A stretch of DNA of 36,646 bases from an uncultured delta proteobacterium (lineage in GTDB: Bacteria; Myxococcota; Myxococcia; SLRQ01), in NCBI GenBank assembly GCA_963727485.1, contig CAVSGM010000013.1, forward strand, positions 1-36,646, given 5' to 3'. The position numbers and the translations under genes are program-made. Under the pieces are notes generated by a model. It did not search any database. It was not told the origin of the DNA and saw only the letters and a program-made list of their open reading frames with translations. Below, piece after piece: positions 18,619-29,268 of the stretch (position 1 is its first letter; each line of letters begins with the position of its first letter).

Positions 18619-20262
18619 GTGACGGCCCCGACGGACCCGGCAACGGCGAGCGCCCCCAGCACCGGCCCCAGCGCCCCCCGGGGCCGGGGGCTGACCCGGA
18701 ACGCCGGGACCCTGGCCGCGGCGACCCTCACCAGCCGCTTCACCGGCTTCATCCGCGACGCCGCCATCGTCGCGGTCTTCGGCGCCACCGGCTCCGGGCC
18801 CTGGATCCTCGCCTGGACGCTGCCCAACAGCATGCGGCGCCTGGTGGCCGAGGGCAGCCTCACCGTCTCCTTCCTGCCCCTGTTCACCGAGCAGCTCGAG
18901 GTCGAGGGGGCCGAGCGCGCCCGGGAGTTCTTCCACAAGAGCTTCACCCTCGCCGCCCTCGGCCTCGCCGGGCTGGTGGCGGTGGCCATCGCCCTGATGC
19001 CCCAGATCATCGGGCTCTGGGCCGCAGGGTGGCGGGCCAGCGACCCGGCGCGCTTCGACCTCACCGTGAAGCTCGCCCGGGTGGCCTTCCCCTACCTGTG
19101 GATGGTGGGCCTGGTGGCCGTGGCCATGGGGCTGCTCAACGCCCTGCGGCGCTTCTTCGTCCCCGCGGTCTCCCCGGTGCTGGTGAACCTCGGGCTCATC
19201 GGCGGGGCGCTGGGCCTGGCCCGGGTGGTCCACCCGGCGATCCTCGGCCTCGCCCTCGGGCTCCTGGTGGGCGGGGTGTTCCAGCTGGTCCTGAACCTGG
19301 TCGCGCTGGCCCGGGCGGGCTACGCCCCGCGCCTGGACTTCCGGCTCCGGGACCCGGGGATCCGGCGCCTGCTCGCCCTGATGCTCCCGGCGACCTTCGG
19401 CGCCTCCATCTACCAGATCAACACCCTGCTCTCCCGGGGCTTCGCCGCCTCGGTGGGGGCGAGCGCGGTGACCTGGCTCTACACCGCCGACCGCCTGGTC
19501 GAGCTGCCCCTGGGCATCGTGGCGGTGTCGGTGGCCATGGCCGCCCTCCCCGAGCTCTCGACCCACGTCGCCTCCGGGGAGATGGGCGCCTACAAGGACA
19601 CCCTGGCCAGCGCCCTGCGCCAGGTCCTCTTCGTGATGCTCCCCGCCGCGGTGGGCCTCTCGATCCTCGCGGGGCCCATCGTCTCCGTGGTCTTCCAGCA
19701 CGGCGCCTTCGCCCCCGCCGACACCCGGCGCACCGCCGCGGCGCTGGTCCTCTACGCCATGGGCATCCCCGCCATCGGCAGCGCCCGGGTCCTGGTCCAG
19801 GGCTTCTACGCCCTCCAGGACACCCGGACGCCGGTGGTGGTGGGGGTGGTCGCGGTCTGCGCCTTCGCCGGGTCGGCGCTTCTGTTCATGCCCCACCTCG
19901 GCTACCTGGGCATCGCCCTGGCCGGCGCCATCGCCCCCTGGGTGAACCTGGCCACCGGCACCTTCCTCCTCCGGCGGAAGGCCGGGCGCCTGCGCCTCCG
20001 GTCGATCCTGCGCTCGGTGCTCCGCAGCGCCGTGGGGTGCGCGGTGATGGCCGCCGCCGCCTGGGCCATCTCCCGCCTCGGGGTCTGGGAGGGTGGGGCG
20101 CGGCACCTCGACCTGCAGACCCTGGCCAACGTCGGGGTCCTCCTCGCGGCCGTCGGCGTCGGGGCCGGAGCCTACTTCGCGGTGACCGTCGCCGCCGGGA
20201 GCCCCGAGGCCTCGGCGCTCCTGGGTGTGCTCCGCCGGCGCTTCGGGGGACGCCGGGCGTGA
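18619..20262 (+). CDS. murJ: Lipid II flippase MurJ (start uncertain)
   Basis: SRFTGFIRD, LPNSMRRLVAEG, ADRLVELPLG, FYALQDTRTP; many TM helices; divergent from rpsT as commonly seen. Confidence 0.92.
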   Translation: MTAPTDPATASAPSTGPSAPRGRGLTRNAGTLAAATLTSRFTGFIRDAAIVAVFGATGSGPWILAWTLPNSMRRLVAEGSLTVSFLPLFTEQLEVEGAERAREFFHKSFTLAALGLAGLVAVAIALMPQIIGLWAAGWRASDPARFDLTVKLARVAFPYLWMVGLVAVAMGLLNALRRFFVPAVSPVLVNLGLIGGALGLARVVHPAILGLALGLLVGGVFQLVLNLVALARAGYAPRLDFRLRDPGIRRLLALMLPATFGASIYQINTLLSRGFAASVGASAVTWLYTADRLVELPLGIVAVSVAMAALPELSTHVASGEMGAYKDTLASALRQVLFVMLPAAVGLSILAGPIVSVVFQHGAFAPADTRRTAAALVLYAMGIPAIGSARVLVQGFYALQDTRTPVVVGVVAVCAFAGSALLFMPHLGYLGIALAGAIAPWVNLATGTFLLRRKAGRLRLRSILRSVLRSAVGCAVMAAAAWAISRLGVWEGGARHLDLQTLANVGVLLAAVGVGAGAYFAVTVAAGSPEASALLGVLRRRFGGRRA

Positions 20263-21290
20263 GCACCTCGGGGCTCACCTGGCTCCGCGGGGGCCTCACG
20301 GCGATCCCGGGCGTACGGGTCGGCCACCAGACCGACGTGGCCGGGGCCACCGGGGTCACCGCCATCGTCTTCGACCGCCCGGTCCACGGCGGGGTCGACA
20401 TCCGGGGCGGCGCCGCCGGGACCCGGCAGTTCTCGGCGCTGGATCCCCTCCACGTCGCCGGGGGCATCGACGCGGTGATCTTCGCCGGGGGCTCGGCCCA
20501 CGGCCTCGAGGCCGGCACCGGGGCCATGCGCTGGCTCGAGGCGCGAGGCCGGGGCCTGCCGGTGGTCCCCGGGCAGTTCGTCCCCATCGTCCCCACCGCC
20601 ATCCTCTTCGACCTGGGGATCGGCGTCCGCGGGGTCCGGCCCGACGCCGCCATGGGGGAGGCGGCCTGCGACGCGGCGACGGCGGGCCCGGTGCGCGAGG
20701 GGTCGGTGGGGGCCGGCACCGGCGCCACGGTGGGCAAGTGCCTCGGGGTGGACCGGAGCATGAAGGGTGGGGTGGGCTCGGCGGCGGCGCGGCTGTCCAC
20801 CGGCGCCCGGGTCGGGGCCCTGGTGGTGGTCAACGCCTTCGGGGACGTGGTCGAGCCCGGGAGCCGCCGGCCGCTGGCCGGGGTCCGCGCGGGCCCGAGG
20901 TCCCGGCGCCTCCTCGGGAGCCGGAAGGTCCTCCTCGAGCGCGGGGGCCTCCGGCGCTACGGCGACCCGCCCCCGGACGCCCCGGAGAACACCACCCTGG
21001 CGCTCGTGGCCACCGACGCCGCCCTCGACCAGGTGGCCCTCACCCAGGTGGCCCGCCTCGCCGGCCAGGGGATGGTCCGAGGCATCGACCCCACCATGAC
21101 CCAGGTGGACGGCGATCTCGTCATCGCCGTGGCCACCGGGGAGCGGGCGCCGGGCGTCGATGATCCGACCGTCCTCGGCCTCGCCGCCGGGGAGGTCGTC
21201 CTCCGGGCCATCCACCGGGCGGTGAAGGCCGCGACGTCCGTCGCCGGGGTCCCCGGGCTGGGGGATGCGGCGCGGCGTCGCAGGGGCTGA
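20259..21290 (+). CDS. P1/S58 (DmpA-like) family peptidase
   Basis: GVRVGH, RGGAAGTR, GGSAHGL, EGSVGAGTG, KGGVG, autocleavage-type ENTT, and DGD motifs; GTGA overlap with murJ. Confidence 0.85.
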   Translation: MSTSGLTWLRGGLTAIPGVRVGHQTDVAGATGVTAIVFDRPVHGGVDIRGGAAGTRQFSALDPLHVAGGIDAVIFAGGSAHGLEAGTGAMRWLEARGRGLPVVPGQFVPIVPTAILFDLGIGVRGVRPDAAMGEAACDAATAGPVREGSVGAGTGATVGKCLGVDRSMKGGVGSAAARLSTGARVGALVVVNAFGDVVEPGSRRPLAGVRAGPRSRRLLGSRKVLLERGGLRRYGDPPPDAPENTTLALVATDAALDQVALTQVARLAGQGMVRGIDPTMTQVDGDLVIAVATGERAPGVDDPTVLGLAAGEVVLRAIHRAVKAATSVAGVPGLGDAARRRRG

Positions 21291-21302
21291 TCCCCCGCCC
21301 CC

Positions 21303-21548
21303 TGTGGACGAACGGGCCGGATCCCGGGGCAACTGCCCGGTCACACGGGGGATCGCGCCTTGCCCGGATCCGGGGCAGAACGCTCCCGGGCCCGGCGGGC
21401 CGGGACGGTCGCACCTCAACCCACAGGGTCCTGCCCAGGTTTTCCACACCGGCTGTGGGAAACCCCGTCCGCGGGCCGCCGGGGAGGCGTGCGGATTTCT
21501 CCCCGATATTCCCCGTAGTCTCTATCCTGTTGGGGACGCATCCCCACA
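21303..21548. promoter_or_regulatory. Cluster of DnaA-box-like 9-mers, including an inverted pair
   Basis: TTTTCCACA 21440-21448 matches TTWTNCACA. Variants: TTTCCCACA on the minus strand 21454-21462, TCGTCCACA on the minus strand 21303-21311, CAACCCACA 21417-21425, ATCCCCACA 21540-21548. Confidence 0.5.
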
Positions 21549-21563
21549 CTCGGAGACGCCCCC

Positions 21564-23583
21564 ATGGCCCGTTCGACGCTCGTGACGTGTCTCGCCTCGG
21601 CCCTGCTCCTCCTCGCCGCCTGCGCGCCCCCGAGCAACGGTGGCAGCGACGGCGGCGCCTCCGGGGCCACCGACGGCGGCACCGACGGCGGCTCGCCCCC
21701 GCCGACCCTGGCCCGCCTCGACGTCCGGGCGCCGGTCGCCTACGTCCCCACCGGGGTGACCGGCACCTTGAGCGCCAACGCGGTCTACTCCGACGGCAGC
21801 GAGAAGGACGTGACCGCCGACGCGACCTGGTCGAGCGCCGATGCCTCGGTGGCCTCCGTCGCCGCCCCCGGCCGCGCCCTCGGGGTGGCCCCGGGGACCG
21901 TCCAGATCTCGGCGACCTGGCAGGGCCAGACCGGCGAGCTCCTGCTCACCGTGGGACGCCCGGTCGGCGGCGTCGGGGCCACCGTGCCCTGGGTGGAGTA
22001 CGAGGCGGAGGACGGCGAGACCAACGCCACCGTCCTCGGCCCCACGCGCACCCAGGGCGAGGTCGCCGAGGAGGCCTCGGGGCGGCGCGCGGTGAAGCTG
22101 GCGGCCACCGGCGACTACGTGCGCTTCACCACCACCGCCAAGGCCAACAGCATCGTCGTGCGCTACGCCATCCCCGACGCGGCGGCTGGCGGCGGCCTCG
22201 ACGCGACCCTGGGCCTCTACGTCAACGGCACCCGGGTCAAGAGCCTCTCGCTGACCTCCCGCTACGCCTGGCTCTACGGCGGCCCGGGGAACTCGACGAA
22301 CAACACCCCGGGGCCCGGCCCGCACCACTTCTACGACGAGGTCCACACGCTCCTGGCGCCAATCCCGGCCGGCGCCACCGTGACCCTCCAGAAGGACGCC
22401 CAGGACACGGCGGCCTGGTACGTCGTCGATTCTCATCGACCTCGAGCAGGTCGCCGCTCCGCTCGCACAGCCGGCCGGCTCGGTGTCCATCACCGACTTC
22501 GGCGCCACGCCCGACGATGGCACCGACGACAGCGCGGCCATCCAGCAGGCCGTGGACTCGGCCATCAGCCAGGGAAAGCCCGTGTGGATCCCGCAGGGCA
22601 CCTTCACCCTGGCCAGCTCGCCGGTGTACGTCGCCGGGGGCACGATCACCGGCGCCGGCATGTGGTACTCGACCCTCGGCGGCCCCGACGCCAAGGTCGT
22701 CGTCGGCGGCAGCGGCGACCACTTCGCCGACTTCGCGGTCTTCGGCGAGCAGACCGCCCGGGACGACACCAACGGCCTCGACGGCTTCGACGGGGCCGCC
22801 GGCAGCGGCTCCACCATGGACCGGGTGTGGATCGAGCACACCAAGGTCGGCTGGTGGGTGGTGGGGACCGATGGCCCCAACACCACCGACGGCCTGACCA
22901 TCACCGGGGTCCGGGTGCGGGACACCATGGCCGACGGCATCAACCTGGCCAGCGGCACCAGCCACTCTCGGGTCACCGAGTCCTCCCTCCGGAACACCGG
23001 GGACGACGCCCTGGGGGCCTACAGCGCCCCCGACGGCTCCCGGCCGGACACCGGCGACGTCTTCAGCCACGACACGGTGCAGCAGCCCTGGCGGGCCCAC
23101 TGCTTCGCGGTCTACGGCGGCACCGACAACACCATCGAGGACGACGACTGCGCCGACACCGCTGGGGACTCGGGGCTCGAGCTCTCGTCCTACTTCGGCG
23201 CCTACCCCTTCGCCGGGACCACCACCCTGCAGCGCCTCACCCTCCTGCGCGCCGGGGGCACCTCCGGGGGGAGCGCCCGGGGTGCCGCGACCTTCGACGT
23301 GGTGGAGCGGCCGGTGAGCGACGTGGTGGTGAAGGACCTCCTCGTCGAAGACGCGACCTTCTCGGGCCTCGAGGTGTCCGGGCCGGACACCCTGACGGGG
23401 CTCACCCTCGACAACGTGCAGGTGACGGCACCCGGGACCTCCGGGATCGCCCTTGCGGCCAACGCCAAGGGCAGCGCCAAGGCGACGGCGGTCGTCGTCA
23501 CCGCACCCGGGAGCCAGGGTCTCGATGACCAGGCCGGAGGCGGCTTCACCTTCGACCGCGGCCAGTTCGACGCGGGCTGGTAG
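21564..23583 (+). CDS. Lipoprotein with Ig-like (Big_2) domain and GH87-like alpha-1,3-glucanase/mycodextranase beta-helix (one apparent +1 frame break near 22430)
   Basis: Lipobox LLAAC; YSDGSEKDVTADATWSS (Ig-like); YEAEDG, EASGRRAVKL, HHFYDE, then in frame 1 LIDLEQV, SITDFGA, VWIPQGTF, GAGMWYS, ADGIN, RNTGDD. Removing one base at TCGATTCTCAT joins the frames. Confidence 0.75.
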
Positions 23584-23591
23584 CCTTCGCC

Positions 23592-24422
23592 CTAGCCGTG
23601 CCGGGTCTTGGCCTCTTCCCAGAGGGCGTCGAGGCCCTCGAGGTCCACGTCGGCCGGCTTCTGGCCCTGGGCCTCGAGGGTCTGCTCCACGTGACCGAAG
23701 CGCCGGCTGAAGCGCTCGATGGTCCCGCGCAGGGCGTCCTCGGGGTGGACCTTGAGCCACCGGGCGAGGTTGACCACGGTGAACAGGAGATCGCCGAGCT
23801 CGTGCTCGATGGCGGCGCGGTCCCCCTCGGCGATGGCGGCGTCGAGCTCGCCGAGCTCCTCGTCGACCTTCGCCCGGACCCCGGCGCGGTCGGGCCAGTC
23901 GAAGCCCACCGAGGCGGCCTTGTCGGTGACGCGCTCGGCGCGCATCAGGGCCGGGGCGGCCTTGGGGACCCCGTCGATGACGCTCTTGCGGGCCTTGCCC
24001 TTGGCGGCCTTCTCCTCGGCCTTGCGCTGCTCCCACCGCGAGAGGGCGGCCTCGGCGTCCGGGGCGTCGTCGCCGCCGAAGACGTGGGGGTGGCGGTAGT
24101 GGAGCTTGTCGGTGATCCCCGCGGCGACCTCGCTCATGGACCAGCGGCCGTCCTCCCGGGCGAGCTCGGCGTGGAAGACCACCTGGAGCAGGAGATCGCC
24201 GAGCTCCTCCTTCAGATCGTCGTCGTCGCCGAGGTCGATGGCCTCGAGGACCTCGTGGGTCTCCTCGAGGAGGTAGGGCCGGAGGCTCTCGTGGGTCTGC
24301 TTCCGGTCCCAGGGGCAGCCCCCGGGGGCCCGGAGGCGGGCCATGAGGGCGAGGAGGCGGACCACCTCCCGGGCGGCGGCTTCATGGGGGACGGTCTCGG
24401 ACTCGGTGGGCTGCCAAGGCAT
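23592..24422 (-). CDS. mazG: Nucleoside triphosphate pyrophosphohydrolase MazG
   Basis: [44 protein letters not shown] (tandem MazG domains). Confidence 0.94.
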   Translation of the reverse strand: MPWQPTESETVPHEAAAREVVRLLALMARLRAPGGCPWDRKQTHESLRPYLLEETHEVLEAIDLGDDDDLKEELGDLLLQVVFHAELAREDGRWSMSEVAAGITDKLHYRHPHVFGGDDAPDAEAALSRWEQRKAEEKAAKGKARKSVIDGVPKAAPALMRAERVTDKAASVGFDWPDRAGVRAKVDEELGELDAAIAEGDRAAIEHELGDLLFTVVNLARWLKVHPEDALRGTIERFSRRFGHVEQTLEAQGQKPADVDLEGLDALWEEAKTRHG

Positions 24423-24463
24423 CTTGGCTCCGTGCTATCGTGCCCTGCGCGGGCGTGCAATCG

Positions 24464-26935
24464 ATGGGACGAACGCTCCTCACCCTGATCCTGGCGGCCG
24501 GGCTCGCCACCGCTCTCGCCCCGGCCCGATCCGCGGCGGCGGCGGATGGCGGCACGGGTGCCTCTGCGCGCCCCGCCGGGGCCGGCGCCGGGGACATCCA
24601 GATCCCCCTCGACGAGGGCTATGTGAAGACCCCGTCGGCGCCGGCGAAGAAGGACGACGACGTCGCCGACGTGCCCCCGGCCGAGCCCACCGGCCCCGAC
24701 GACGGCCGGGACGTCTACGAGCAGGCGGCCCACGCCGCCGAGGCCCCGGACGCCGACGGAGGCGCGCCGCCGGCCACCGGCCCCGGGGGCATCCAGGCCC
24801 TCCCCCAGATCCCCGAGCTCCAGGGGCGGCCCGGCGAGGCCGGGCACCGGGCCGGGAGCCCGGCGGCGGTCGGCGCCGGGCCGGGCGCCGCCGAAGCGCC
24901 CGCCGACGCCGGGGTCACCGGGCGGTCCGGGCGCGCGGCGGCCGCGCCGAGCCCGGGCGGCACCCCGGGGACGGGCCACGGGGCCCCGGCCGCCCGGAAG
25001 GGCCACCTGGCGCTCCCCCGCGCCGGCCGCGACGGAGGGCTCCCGGCCGCCGGGGCCCGAGGCGCCGCCGTGGCCGCGGGCACCCCCGACGGCGGCCCCG
25101 GCGCCCGCCCCGCCGCCGGCGCCATGCCCACGCCGGCGGCCCACCTGGTGCTCCCCCAGGGCTCCTCCGAGGACCTCTGGGCCCACTGGCAGAAGCGCCA
25201 GGCCGCCCGCAAGGACCTCGACGCCCCCACCGCCGCCGCCGAGCTCGAGCAGATCTTCACCCTCAAGACCGACCTGGGCATCCGGAGCCTCCCGGCCCTG
25301 GCGGCGGCCCTGGTCCACGAGGGCCAGGCCGACCTCAAGCGCGGCGACCCCAAGTCGGCCCTGGCGGCGGCGACGGCGGCGGTGCGCCTCGCCCCGGACC
25401 TCCCGGGGCCCCGGTGGTTCGCGGCCCGGGCCCGGATCTCCGCGGCGCCCACCCACCTCGGCCCCATCCTCGGCGCCGCCTGGGCCGGGACCGTTCGGGC
25501 CTTCTCCGACCTCCCGGTGCGCCGGGCCACGGTGGCGAACCTCGAGCTGGTGGTCCTCACGGCCCTCGCCGGCGCCGGGCTGGTGTTCCTGCTCCTCTTC
25601 CTGGTGGTCGCCGCCCGGCGGTTCACCCACGACTTCCACCACCTCTTCCCCGCCGGGGTGGCGCCCCTCCAGACCAGCGTCCTCGCCGCGGCGCTGATCC
25701 TGGCGCCTCTGCTCCTGCGCCTGGGGCTGGTGGTGGTGGCGCTGGTCGCCGCCGCCGCGGCCTGGCTCTACCTCAAGCGCGGCCAGCGGGTCCTGGTCCT
25801 CCTCACCCTCGGGCTCCTGGCGGCGGCGCCCTTCGCCGTCCGGCACGTCGCCGACGGGGCCACCTTCTGGTCCACCTCCGCGGCGGACGTCTGGCGCCTG
25901 GACCGCACCGGCGAGTGGGCGGTGCCGGCGCGGCGCCTCGAGGCCCGGGTCGACGCCGGGAGCGCCGACTGGGTCGAGGTCGCCGCCCTGGCCCGGTGGC
26001 AGACCCGCCAGGGCCACCTCGACGCCGCCGCCGAGCTCTACGACAAGGGGCTGGCCATGGCCCCGGACCAGGCGGTGCTCCACACGGGCCTCGGGGTGGT
26101 GCGCTACGCCCAGGGCGACCTCGACGCCGCCCGGGCCCAGCTCCAGAAGGCGGTGAGCCTCGAGCCCACCCTCGCCGCCGCCTACCACGACCTGGCCAAG
26201 ATCGAGTTCCGCCAGGGGCACCTGGGCCCGGGGCAGGAGGCCCGCCGCCGGGCCCTGGAGCTCGACCCGGCCCTGGTCGCCGCCCACCCCGACGCCGACT
26301 CGCGCCTCAACGTGGCCCTGGCCGAGGCGCCGATCACCGACCAGATCCTCGCGGGCCTCGCGCGACGCCAGGACGCCGCCCGGGCGGCGGCCGACCAGGT
26401 CCAGCGCCAGCTCGCCGGCGTCCTCCCGGCGTCCTTCGGGCCGTTCACCGCCCTCGGGGGCGCGGCGCTCCTCCTGGTCCTGGGGCTGGCCCTCGGGCGC
26501 CTCGACCCGAGCCGTACCTGCGTGAAGTGCGGCCGGCCGGTGTGCCGCCGCTGCGCCCGGGAGGTGGGCAAGGGCCACCTCTGCGGTCAGTGCGTCCACG
26601 TGTTCCAGAAGCACGGCGCGGTGGAGCCCCAGGTGCGCATCCGCAAGGAGGTGGCGATCCGCCGGTACCAGCAGGGCCGGCGGACCGGCGGCCGGATCGC
26701 GGGCATCCTCCTCCCCGGCGCGGGCCACGTCCTCCGGGGCCAGACCGTCGCCGGGGCGGTGCTCCTCACCGGCTTCGCCCTCGCCGTCTCGGGGCTGGCC
26801 CTCTGGCATGGGCCCATCCCCCAGGTCGTCGGCCTCGGCTCCACCCTGGCGCCCTGGCGCCTCGCCGCCTTTGGCCTCCTGGGCGCGGTGGTCTACGTGG
26901 TGGGCCTGGTCACCCTCTTCCGGGGAGAGACCTGA
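24464..26935 (+). CDS. Multi-pass membrane protein with signal peptide, TPR repeats and Cys-rich Zn-finger
   Basis: Signal peptide [19 protein letters not shown]; low-complexity region; TM cluster; TPR-like helices ([22 protein letters not shown]); [12 protein letters not shown]...CGQC; LLPGAGH followed by TM helices. Confidence 0.75.
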   Translation: MGRTLLTLILAAGLATALAPARSAAAADGGTGASARPAGAGAGDIQIPLDEGYVKTPSAPAKKDDDVADVPPAEPTGPDDGRDVYEQAAHAAEAPDADGGAPPATGPGGIQALPQIPELQGRPGEAGHRAGSPAAVGAGPGAAEAPADAGVTGRSGRAAAAPSPGGTPGTGHGAPAARKGHLALPRAGRDGGLPAAGARGAAVAAGTPDGGPGARPAAGAMPTPAAHLVLPQGSSEDLWAHWQKRQAARKDLDAPTAAAELEQIFTLKTDLGIRSLPALAAALVHEGQADLKRGDPKSALAAATAAVRLAPDLPGPRWFAARARISAAPTHLGPILGAAWAGTVRAFSDLPVRRATVANLELVVLTALAGAGLVFLLLFLVVAARRFTHDFHHLFPAGVAPLQTSVLAAALILAPLLLRLGLVVVALVAAAAAWLYLKRGQRVLVLLTLGLLAAAPFAVRHVADGATFWSTSAADVWRLDRTGEWAVPARRLEARVDAGSADWVEVAALARWQTRQGHLDAAAELYDKGLAMAPDQAVLHTGLGVVRYAQGDLDAARAQLQKAVSLEPTLAAAYHDLAKIEFRQGHLGPGQEARRRALELDPALVAAHPDADSRLNVALAEAPITDQILAGLARRQDAARAAADQVQRQLAGVLPASFGPFTALGGAALLLVLGLALGRLDPSRTCVKCGRPVCRRCAREVGKGHLCGQCVHVFQKHGAVEPQVRIRKEVAIRRYQQGRRTGGRIAGILLPGAGHVLRGQTVAGAVLLTGFALAVSGLALWHGPIPQVVGLGSTLAPWRLAAFGLLGAVVYVVGLVTLFRGET

Positions 26936-28135
26936 TGGCGCTCACCGGGACCCTCCGCGACTTCGGCATCGCCGACATCCTGCAGCTCATCGGGCAGCAG
27001 CAGAAGACAGGGGTGCTCCACCTCCAGGCGAAGGACCAGGCGGTCAACGTCCACTTCGTAGACGGCAACGTGGTGCGCGCCGAGTCCACCACCCGAAACC
27101 GCCGGGACCTCCTCGGGAGCATGATGGTCCGCGCCGAGGTCCTCACCGAGGCCCAGCTCGAGCAGGCCCTGGAGATCCAGAAGCGCACCCTGCGCCGCCT
27201 CGGGGACATCCTGGTGAGCGAGGGCATGGTCCCCCGGGACGTGTTCCGGGAGCTCTACCAGCTCCAGACCACCGAGACCCTCTACCGCCTCTTCCACTGG
27301 AAGGACGGGACCTACGCCTTCGAGCAGCAGGAGGTCGACTTCGACCCCGAGGCCATCGCCCCCATCCGCAGCGAGAACGTGCTCATGGAGGGCTTCCGCA
27401 TGGTGGACGAGTGGCCGATGGTCCGCCGGAAGATCACCTCCTACGAGATGACCTTCGAGGTCCTGCGGCCCCTGGCGCCCCCGGCCCCGGCGGATGAGGC
27501 GCCCCCGGCCGAGGACATCGATCCCTTCGACGCCGCCCTCGACCAGGCCCTCTCCGGGGCCGGCGCGGGCGGGGACGCCGCGGCCCCGGAGGTGGGGCCG
27601 AACGAGCGGCGGGTCTTCGAGCTGGTGGCCCCCGGCCGCACGGTGCAGGACGTCATCGATCGTTCGCGCCTCGGCGAGTTCGAGACCTGCAAGGCGCTGC
27701 TCAACCTGGTGGACGCCGAGGTCCTGGCGTCGGTGGCGCCGGCGAAGAAGGGCGCGGCGCCCATGGGCGGCGTCCAGCGCGACCTCGCCGGGAGCCTCCG
27801 GCGCCTGGCGGTGCAGGCGGCGATGGGCGTCGGGGTCCTCGCCGGGGTCCTGGTCCTCGCCTGGTTCGCGGTGGGCGCCGGGCACGCCATGGGCCGGCGC
27901 TTCGAGGCCCGATTCGGCGCAGGACCTCTTGGCCTCGGCCCAGGAGGCGCGCCTCGCCCAGGCGATCCGCGTGTACCGCTTGAGCCAGGGGCACCTCCCG
28001 GCGCGTCTGGCAGACCTGGTGAAGGCCGGGCTGGTCGGGGAGACCGACCTGTCCTATCCGTATGGCAGCGACTACAGCTACCAGCGCGATCCCAAGCGGC
28101 CCGAGGGCTACCTTCTCCTCCCGCCGCTTCCCTGA
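26935..28135 (+). CDS. DUF4388-like + MshEN-like + TM + GspG/pilin-like domain protein (one apparent +1 frame break near 27913)
   Basis: [19 protein letters not shown]...KTGVL (DUF4388-like); LLGSMMV...QLEQALEIQ...[12 protein letters not shown] helix; frame 2 continues SAQDLL...[20 protein letters not shown]...YPYG to TGA 28135, directly before the phoH ATG. Confidence 0.7.
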
Positions 28136-29158
28136 ATGCCCGAGCCAGCGCCCGTCACCCGAACCGTCGAGTTCGCCGCCGCCGACCCCTTCCGGCGGCT
28201 CTGCGGTCCCCACGAAGAGCACCTGCGCCTGGTGGAGCGGCGCCTCGGGGTGCGCATCGGCGCCCGGGGGAACCGGCTGGTGCTCGGCGGGCCGCCGGAG
28301 CAGGTCGCCGAGGCCGAGCGGCTCCTGGCGGCGCTCTACGAGCTCGCCGAGGCCGACTACCCCCTCTATCCCCAGGACGTGGGCCAGGCGGCGAGCCTGC
28401 TCGCCGAGGCGCCGGACACCGACGTCAAGGAGGTGTTCTTCGACACCGTCTACGTCACCGCCCGGGGGCGGACCATCAGCCCCAGGGGCCTGGGGCAGAA
28501 GCGCTACGTCGACGCCATGCGCCGCTACGACGTCGTGTTCGGCATCGGGCCCGCGGGCACCGGCAAGACCTACCTCGCCATGGCCATGGCCGTCGCCGCG
28601 CTCATGGAGAAGGAGGTCAGCCGCATCATCCTCTGCCGCCCCGCGGTGGAGGCCGGCGAGCGCCTCGGCTTCCTCCCCGGCGACCTCGCCGAGAAGATCA
28701 ACCCCTACCTGCGCCCGCTCTACGACGCCCTCCACGACATGATGAACGACGCCCGCGCCCACGAGATGGTGGAGCGGGGCACGGTGGAGGTGGCGCCGCT
28801 GGCGTTCATGCGCGGGCGCACCCTCAACGACGCCTTCGTCATCCTCGACGAGGCGCAGAACACCACCGCCGAGCAGATGAAGATGTTCCTCACCCGCCTC
28901 GGCTTCGGGTCGAAGGCGGTGATCACCGGGGACGTCACCCAGGTGGATCTCCCGGAGAGCAAGGCCAGCGGTCTCATCGTCGCCGAGCGGATCCTCGAAG
29001 GGGTCGACGGCATCGGGGTGGTGCATTTCAGCCAGGCAGACGTCGTGCGGCATCCGCTGGTGCAGCGGGTGATCGCCGCCTACGAGACGTGGGAGGCGCG
29101 CCGGAAGGCCCCCCGCGCCGAGGAGGGCGATCCCGATGAATCCGACCTTGGGGCTTGA
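28136..29158 (+). CDS. phoH: PhoH family ATPase
   Basis: [51 protein letters not shown]. Confidence 0.95.
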   Translation: MPEPAPVTRTVEFAAADPFRRLCGPHEEHLRLVERRLGVRIGARGNRLVLGGPPEQVAEAERLLAALYELAEADYPLYPQDVGQAASLLAEAPDTDVKEVFFDTVYVTARGRTISPRGLGQKRYVDAMRRYDVVFGIGPAGTGKTYLAMAMAVAALMEKEVSRIILCRPAVEAGERLGFLPGDLAEKINPYLRPLYDALHDMMNDARAHEMVERGTVEVAPLAFMRGRTLNDAFVILDEAQNTTAEQMKMFLTRLGFGSKAVITGDVTQVDLPESKASGLIVAERILEGVDGIGVVHFSQADVVRHPLVQRVIAAYETWEARRKAPRAEEGDPDESDLGA

Positions 29159-29268
29159 ATTCCTGGTCCGGCTGTCCGACCATTTCCTCTCGAGCGTGGC
29201 GGATCGGCTCGGGGGGAACCGGGCCAAGCGCGTCGCTGTAGGCTTCAACGCCATCGGGACGACCCTCC

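Noticed and set aside
22483..23583. Separate 366-aa beta-helix gene
   Set aside because: It has no signal peptide or ribosome-binding site of its own and is the continuation of the 21564 lipoprotein across a one-base break.
24343..29139. 1598-aa giant ORF
   Set aside because: Only about 26935-27912 is real coding sequence (the DUF4388 gene). The rest is off-frame overlap with the TPR gene and phoH.
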